DNA of 64,000 nucleotides from Thalia democratica (taxonomy: Eukaryota), in NCBI GenBank assembly GCA_965202585.1, contig OZ241832.1:37572001-37636000 (forward strand), read 5' to 3'. The first letter of the stretch is position 1. Every line of letters begins with the position of its first letter. Under the pieces are notes generated by a model. The model did no database searches and was not told the DNA's origin. It worked only from the letters and a program-made list of their open reading frames with translations. Below, piece by piece: positions 25,901 to 34,600 of the stretch. Made by a program: the position numbers and the translations under genes.

Positions 25901-28699
25901 GTGTGCCTGGGTAATAAAAACCTTGCAAGCTAGTAAGCTGAAGTTGAAACTCGACCAAAACGAAAAGACAGTGACAGGGCTGATGGAGTTTTATCACAGG
26001 TATACTTAAGCCACCTTTCATTGAGTAAGATAATACTAAAAGAAAATGTTTCTTCAAGAAAATGTTTAAAAGCGACAAAATAATTTTTCAAACAAAATTT
26101 AATTTATATACAGTTTATAAACGCTAGTTTTTATATTTGTATACGCTTTTAAAGAAATGTAAAAATATTTTCAGTTGTTTTTTGATCTAAAATAACTTGA
26201 ACCAAGTTACAAACATATGCTAATCTAAAAATAGCATAAATAATTTTTGATTCTACTAAAACAAAAACCGATGTTTTAGTTTTACTTTATTTTGTTTTGA
26301 TGGAATAAAAGACTTAATTAAATCAATGATTCATTATCTAAAACAAAATTAAGCTATTTTAAAATTAATCTTTTAAAGATTTCATTAATGGTGTGCTTTC
26401 TCTTTTATAAAAAAACATAGAAATATACTCGATCTTAAATTCTTGATAAAAACAACTTTTACCTATAAAAATTTTGTAAAATAAACATTAATCGATTTCA
26501 CTTGTTAAGAAATAGTCATACTGTAGTTTTTTTAATTTTGAACAAAACTTATGTAGAGTATTTCTAACTATAAATGGGCTTTAGTATAAACCGAACATTG
26601 AATTTTGAAGTCAAAAACAAATAGAAATATACTAAACTTTATAACAACTCAAGGTAGATAAAAGCTTAAATGTACAACTATTTTGTCGACATCAATTTTT
26701 TTATTAAAAAGTCAACTTAAAATTTAAAACAAGTCAATAAACAGACAAGTTGCTTGGAATGCTACTTTGGTTTCTCCCGCCTGCGATGACTGCAGCATGA
26801 ATATCGAGCTGAACAAAAAAGGCGTCCTAATTGGCTATTTCGGTGACCATTGGAGCGATGCTGACGTCATAAAGAGCGAAATAAACATCGCGGAAATGAT
26901 AAACGACGACAACTTGTACCGAACTGACGTTGATGACGGTTACGAGAGGTAAATATAAACAATTTTGTCCGATAGTGTATGTTAAGTGTTAAAATATTTA
27001 TAACGGTTATATCCTATTAGATAGGCTTTATTTTTACTTTTAATAGCAAAATGTTACATTTGGTTTATTTATATGTAATCCTTTAACCTCACCAACTTCT
27101 AAAAGTACTTAGCATAGTCAAAAATTGTACTTGAGGTTAAAAACTAAAATAAAAAGTTCCTTTTTTCTTTTAAAAGTTACATTTGGTTCATTTATATATA
27201 AACCTTTAACTTCACCAACTTCTAGGTGTACTTAAGCATAGTCAGAAATTGTACTTGAGGTTAAAAACAAACTTATCAAACATATTTTTTTAACGAATTT
27301 GTTTTTACGCATAAATTAGATTGGAAATATTTAAAAAATTAGTATTCAACTGTTATGCGCACTTTTGGTACTTTAATTAACAAAACTTACATAAATGTTT
27401 AAAGTTTCATTTATTTTATAAAACTAATGAAATTCCCAGGTATTCATATATATCTGTTCACGTAGAAATATTGTCAAATCACCTGCTTTACAAGACTCCG
27501 GCACCATCACCTACTGGGGACAGGGAGAGGAAATTACTCTACAACGCAAGGTTGTTTAAAAAGTTTTAGTTTAAAAATGTTTGGTTATTTTCATTCTAAG
27601 ACAATCTGTTACAGCATTGCAATTATCCAGAGTTTGTTTTACTTTTGTTCGTAATTAGTTTGTAATAATCTAAACCTTATTATTTAAGGTACATGAATTT
27701 AAAACATCTCTTTACTTGTTTGTATATAATACAAATTCTAGTATGTTAGCACTAGTTTATTTGTTGTTATGAATTTTACCTAATACCTCTGATTGAATTA
27801 TTATGTATGAAAACAACTAAAGAAAACACAACTAACTTTTGAAAATAAAACTAAAGTTTAAAAGAACAAGTTTTAACTTAATATAAAAATAACTAGGGAT
27901 GATAATAATTTAAATTCTCATAATTGCTTCAACCGCACTTATTTTATTTTTTTTAGCCAGGATTTATTTCGGCCATCATCAACAAAGTTGAGATGTTTTA
28001 TGCCATCGATAATAAATAGTGAACCGCACGACCAACAACAACAGCATCTGAGACAACCTACGACCAGTTTCGTCTTAGGAACCGTGAAGCTTATTATCGA
28101 TGGCATAAAACATCTCAACTTTATTGATGATGGCCGAAATAAACACTGGCTAAAACTGATTAAACGAGCGTAGAGACTAAAATCTCACATTAAGCTGACA
28201 ATGTCTTAGACGTTGGGCTGTGAACAATTTGGCGGCGTCAATTTTTCAGACTTTACCCACAAACGGTCGCTTTAGTGCATATGCACTTAAGCCTGCTCGG
28301 TTAGTATCACAACAGCGGTTTCACACGACTATGCCTGCCTGATGAGTCCTAAAAAGGACAAAACCGGTCGTAGGTTGTCTCGGATGCTGTTGTTGTTGGT
28401 CGTGCGATGAATTTCAATGTTTATTATTTTATTTCTAAAATAAAATGAGTTGTTAAAAAGTTATTCAATGTAAATTTGTCACAGAAAAGAAAAAGGACAA
28501 ATTCAAACTAAGTATCAGGAGCTTCTGCGGCAGAGGGCAAGTTTGGAGCACAAGTGTCAGCATCTGGAGAGAGAAAGGTCGGAGTTGATGCACAGGACTG
28601 AGGGCAGGACCGCAACTGCCGAAACAATAACTCCTGATTACACGAAACTCTTGTTCGACATGATGGCAGAACTGTCTCGTCGCGCTGGATTTCAAAACA
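22920..28699 (+). CDS. MATH/TRAF-like repeat region and coiled coil (N-terminal part of the fusion model)
   Basis: Repeated MATH-like beta-strand signatures: SREFNFAGHRWYVY..FSFYLRI, SWGWKEFI, TSPFSVGGFAWQIRVFPDG..GNVALFLH, PFEDLTGCAWVI..RQVAWNATL. Followed by heptad-like KYQELLRQRASLEHKCQHLERERSEL. Resembles a recalled, uncharacterised invertebrate tandem-MATH family. Confidence 0.7.
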
Positions 28700-31600
28700 G
28701 TCAGTATTTAGAATTTTTTCATGAAAAAACATCAGTTTATTGCAGTAGCATGATTAAAACAATTATTTTGTATGTAACTAAAGGGAGTATTAACTAAAAG
28801 TGAAATATATTTCTATTATAAAAAGTATATAAACTACCTTTATTATGTTCTCTTACAGATTTTTTTTTGATTAATTTTATTATATAAAGCATCCATCATT
28901 TTAAATAATTCAAATGATTGAAAGTTGTTAAATATAGACATTAAGTTTATAAAAACATTTTTTTGTTTACACTAAAGAACTAATGTTTACGAACTGCAAT
29001 AAAACTGAGCATTTAAAAGTAAACTGTGCAAACTTAGTAAAACTAAATAATAATAATAAATTCAAAACAGTGGTACAAAACGAAGAAAATTTTTCAAAGC
29101 AATATCAACCACCAAATAAAAAACCAGAAAAAGAATTGCAAAATGCTTATGCAGTCTATAGAGCTAATTTCGAAATGTAAATGTTTTTTTTTTCAAAAAA
29201 TTATGGTCAAAATTTTAACAAAATTTCTTTCAGGTTAGTAAAAGACTCTAGCTTTGATGAAGATAATGTAAAAATTCTAGAAGAAAAAGTAGAGTCTTTA
29301 AGTATAAGTTTAAAAAATTACTTGCAATCGAAAACAGGACTACGAATAACCAAAACTGTTATAGGAGGTAAAAAGAAAACAGACATTTTTTGGTATAAAA
29401 AATTTAAATGTTAAGACTTTTCCATCATTATATTTTGATTTTTCCACAGACAAAAATAGGTTTAACTTAATTTGTTCTAAAACAAAGTCTAATTACTAGT
29501 TAGTTGTAGAACCTATTAATTTGTTATAAAAAAAAAAATATATATAAACAGGTTCAATAGGAACGGGCACTTGTACTTGTAACAGAATCGATGCAGATAT
29601 TTACATCAGCTCACCGGACATTCCGTACAATGGTCACTCTACGTGGCTTCCTTCTTTCATAGTTGCCATCATGACTACGTTGAAATCCGGGTGTGAAGAC
29701 GGAGTGTTGAAAGATTTAAGCGAGTTTTATTGCAAGTGAGAAACGCATTAGAGAAAGTATTAGTTCAAATATCTTGATATCGGTTTATCATTAACAAATT
29801 ATTATGGTAAGTTAACAAATAACATGGCACTTCAGGTTAAGAATTAGATGTTTGAGTTAAGTATGAATATATTGAAAAATGTTAATATTTACTGTTTTTA
29901 TGTTAGAACTGACTATTTTCATTTATTTAAAGATTAATGTTATCTAAACTTGCATTCTTAGTTTAATGCTATTTAATACTACTTTGATTTTGTTTTTGAT
30001 TGATGATATCAAGTTTTATTTTATTAGTTAATATACTATTAAAATGTTATTTATCTTTAAAAAATTAACGTTACTCAATGTCTCAAGTTGTATAACAGGG
30101 ATAATCATACTTAAGTGTTATTTATAACTTAATATAAAACAATTTTAAACTTATTTCTAAAAGTATTTGCAAAAAACATTAAGTTACAAATAGAGCATTT
30201 GAAAAGTTGACAAAAAATGTTTAAAAAACATAAACTTTTGTTAAGCATAAGTTTCACAACTTTGCTTTCAAACCGTGATAAAAGAATAATAGCAGAAAAA
30301 ACTAAGAAATACTGTTTTTAGTCCATAGCTGAAATAAACGGTACGAGTTTTTACAAAATTACAACGTTTGTAACTGTAAAAAGTGCTTTGTAATGAATGT
30401 ATTTTCATACGCAAAATTACGTCATTTGTTTTATACAGTTGTTTTTAGCAATATACTTAAAGAAACTCAAAATATTCAATGTTTGTTACGAGTTATAATT
30501 GAGTTACACCATAAAAGTTGACTTAAAAATGCTCATTTTTACCATTTAGAAATCGGAATAGTTATAAAACCCGCCAAAGAATTTAAAAACCTTGCTTTGG
30601 AAACCAAAAAGTACTTTGAAAAAAAAAAAAAACTTTTCATGCAATTCCTATACGGTTGCTTAATAACTAAATTGTCTATATTTAAAGAGTTTTAGTAAAT
30701 AAGCAATTGTTATTGAAATTTTATTAGTATTCAACAGGCTTATTTTTTAAAAGAGTATTAGATATAAATTAACAATAAACGTTTATTAAGTGATAAACAA
30801 AAAAATGTTTGCAAACACGTGTTAGAGTACACAAATATTTAATTTATTTTCAATTCGCTTGATTTTTAAAAAAAAGTCAATACCTACTGAAAGTTAAACA
30901 CAGTTTTTAAAAATAAACAAACGAAACAGCGATTACTCGATACAAATGATGCTGGAGGGCACGATAGAAATCGACTTGTACCTCTCCTACGACTGGACGC
31001 ACCGGTCGGAAAGTAGGGGCGACCAAAGTCCGACGGGGTTCGGGTACGAAGTGATGTACGAAGAATTGTTGCGTCAGAGGACTTCCGACAACTTGTGCTG
31101 GTTCGCTTCGGACGCCGCCGAACTGCAAGTCAAGTTCGTCAACGAGCAGAGTGAGGAGGTTTTGTTTTTTTGTTTTATAAAGTGCAAAGCTTCGATTTTA
31201 TTTTATATAAACATTAAAAAAAATTTACTTTACAACCCAACAAAAAATTGCGCAAAAAAAATTGCACATGTTGATAAAAAAAAAACTAAATAATCTCTGG
31301 CTTTGAAAGTCTGTAGTATAAAGGATTTTGTCTTAAAGTATCATTTTATTTGTTTTGACATGTTTGTATTTATGAAGTAATAACCAAAAGTTTATTTGGA
31401 AAAAAAAATGCCAATTTTTGTTTTATTAACTTTTTTTTATGTAATAAATTTCACATAAATGTTAAACATAACTTCATACTTGCAAAAATTCATATTGATA
31501 AATACTAAAACTATGACTTGAAACATCAGTAAAATTTAAAACCAAATTACATTAAAAAAAGGCTTTTTTACAAAAAAAAAATTGTAGAATTTCCAGTAAA

Positions 31601-34600
31601 AAATTTACAAAATTTTGCAAAAAGTCATTGTAAACTTTTGATTGTTACGTCACTCATTTTTTTAGTTTTATTCTTCTTAGGTTTTGTTTTGTCGGGGTAG
31701 TAAGAGACATCTTTTTAGTATATTAATTTTTAAATAAAGAAATAGATCGACATATAATTTTGGTAAGATATTCTTAAAATTTCTAGTAGTTTAAGTAGAT
31801 AACTTTGTCCGTGGACGTGTTAGCAAAATACGTAGTTTTTTTGCATTTTTATACATAAATGTTTTATCGCATAAAAGTTGTAAAGCAAAAAACAATAAAA
31901 GTTTCAGGTCTTACCTACTTTAATCAAGTCCATTGACCATACAAACTTATAAGCTTCGAGTGTTGAAAGTTAAAACACTCGTGTCAACAACAAGCTTTAC
32001 TTTTATTATACTCAACACACAATTTACTCCCCGTACGCGGAGTGTATGATCCTCCAAAGCTCCCTGATCGGATCGTCAATGCCGACGTCGTTCTCTCCCG
32101 TCCCGTTTCCCTGCTGGCCCCATATAAGCGCGCCCGTTATCGTGTGGCAGTTGTAATTCTCAACACCTTCCACATCGCCCTCCTCGTAAACAACTTCATT
32201 TTCAAAACCCACCCCGTCGTCGTTCCTCCCCACCTGCACAGTCGAGTTCTTCCCCAAGTTCGTGGTCACGAACAGCCGGGCGTCGCTGTAGAACCCCTCG
32301 GTCGACCCGCTGTGCCCGAACACCTTCGTTATCCTCGCCCTCAAACCTCTGGTGCACATCCACTCATATTCCTGCTCCCACCCCATGCTGTACCCCGCGG
32401 TGTTGCTCTTCGTGGCGTTGCCCTCACCATCTTGCGTGGTCATCAGCATCTTCCGGAAGTTTTGGCGGGAAAGCGGCCCGGCGAAGTCGTGGTTCAGGTC
32501 GCGGTGGTACATGGTGGCGTAGACGTCGAGGAACTTTTGCAGGTCGCCCGACGTCGAAGTCACGCCTTCCGAGGGCTGCTTGTAGCCGAAGTCGACTTTC
32601 TCGGCGTTGAAGGCCTCGAAGTTCCTGGTTTGTTTTTTCGCGAGAACGGGCACGGAAAAGGTTTTGTCGACTTTTACTTTCGGGTCGTACTCTTTGTTTA
32701 GCAGTTCGGAAAACTGCTGGGCCTTTTCGAGTTGCCATTTCTCGCTGACGTTACCACTTTTCAGAGGTTCGAAAAACCCGTACGGGACTTTGAAATGATT
32801 TGCGTCATAATTTGTGTTCAGAAGGCCGATGTTTAAAATTTCTTTTGTGGCCAAGTCCGTGAAGCTCTCGTTTTTTATGTGGCTCAAAATCAGGCCTGCC
32901 AGGTTGAAACCGTTGTTGGAATATTCAAACTTTCCGGGTACTACTTGCAACTTCTTGTAGTCGAGCATGGACATGAGCTTCTCCTTCTCAGATTTGCTGA
33001 ACAGGTTTTGAAGGTGCCAGCTCTCCTCCTGGTACACGAGCCTCGCCTCATCGTAGTAATGCTCCCACCCGGACAAGCACGACGGCAGCAAGCGGTAGGG
33101 CCATCTGTTTCTATCAGTCCACACTCTTACACGGTTCTCAGGTTCACTGCCGTCCTCTTTTTCACCCTCGTCTTCCTTATCCGGTGGTGGCAAAATTTCC
33201 ACTTCATTGAAAGAATTGTCCTTCAGCTCTTTGACGTACCTCCACGTGTCTTGCTGCAGCAAACCGTTTTGGCACTCCTCCTCAACCCTTCCAATCACGT
33301 GACTCGTGAACGGCTTGCTTATGCTGGCGATGTTGCCCTTGAAGTCCTTGTCGGCGCTCACGGGGTTCTCGGCGCTGTGGTAGCCGAACCCCTCGTGCAG
33401 CACCCGCTTGCCCTTGTTGGCGAAGCAAAGGGAAAGTCCCGGACCCGCGAACTTGTTCCTCAGATGCTGGGCGAAGAGCTTGCACGAGTCGATGCAGTTC
33501 CTTCTCTCGTGCTTTATGATTTTTTGAAGGACTTCGTCGTTTGCTTGCATTTTGGGGCGGGCGATTTTGGAGGTTTAACTTGTGCTACATAAGAATAAAT
33601 AATGTTGTTTAGTAAAAATAAGTGAAAGTTTTCAACTGTGGTATTGGTTGTCAGGCGCGTTAAATTACGTGTTTACTCATTTTTTAATGAAAAAAAGTAT
33701 TTTACAAAATTAACAGATTTTCATTGTCAAAGGAAATATAGCTGCTAACTTTTTTTGTCAAAATAAGTGATCAAAATAATTTTAACTTAACTTTCACACA
33801 GTTTTGACATTAATTAAATAACGTTCTTTTATTACTAGTTAAAAGTATTTAAGTCTTTTTTAATAAGCATTGAACTGAATGTTTATAAATTTATGTTTCT
33901 AAACTCTTATTGAAATTAGTTTCAAAACAAGTTCTCTTCAGAAAAGGTCTCATTCTACCCAATACCTTATCATCTGGTGATCAAAGTGGTACGATCGAAC
34001 CTCTGTGTTATCTTGAGCTTTTCTCACGACAGATTAAAGGCTAGGATTTGGTTAAATATTAAACACAACCGTAATGGTTAAAATACTTTTACAAAATATA
34101 AGTTTCGCTTTGCAATACTTAAAGTTTTGAAACTGAAATTGACTAGTAATACTTTTAAAATTATTAAAAAAAAACTTTGCTAACTAACAAAAATAACTTA
34201 ACTAGTATTTGTTTAACGGAAAATTAATGTTGAAAAAAGTAACTGCATTATGATAAAATAGTTGTACTAACTGATATCCTTAATATTTTTAAGTGAACAA
34301 AATAAGATTAACAAGTACTTTCCGACAAATTCATTAGCCAACAAAATAAAGTAAAATTCAATCTAATGATTTTTGCAAAATAAATACTACTATATTTAAG
34401 TTATGACCTTTAATTTTACCTTAACTGAAATAAGTTAGTCTTTTTTTAAATATTCTGTCAAAAAACTATTAAAAAGTTGAATTACTTTAAACAAACTCAA
34501 GATTCTTTATATTACAACTACATCAATTTGTAGATGTAAAGAAATATTTTGTTTCTAAAATGGTCAAAATAAGTAAAAAAGTGTTAATGTATAAAGTTAC

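Noticed and set aside
27988-28173. 61-aa ORF as a host exon or separate gene
   Set aside because: It runs through the inverted pseudo-LTR arm and the tail of a Penelope-like remnant.
32024-33550. Bacterial beta-lactamase gained by horizontal transfer, or contamination
   Set aside because: Motifs follow animal LACTB (IASISK, RLL..LSG..HY), codon style matches long host exons, and the flanks are host intron sequence. A phylogeny would be needed to reopen this.
32042-33592. Long plus-strand ORFs (219 aa and 237 aa) overlapping the LACTB-like gene
   Set aside because: Antisense shadows of a GC3-rich coding region; no motifs and no fitting splice sites.
33960-34010. tRNA T-loop-like GGTTCGATC on the minus strand
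   Set aside because: No T-stem pairing and no cloverleaf.
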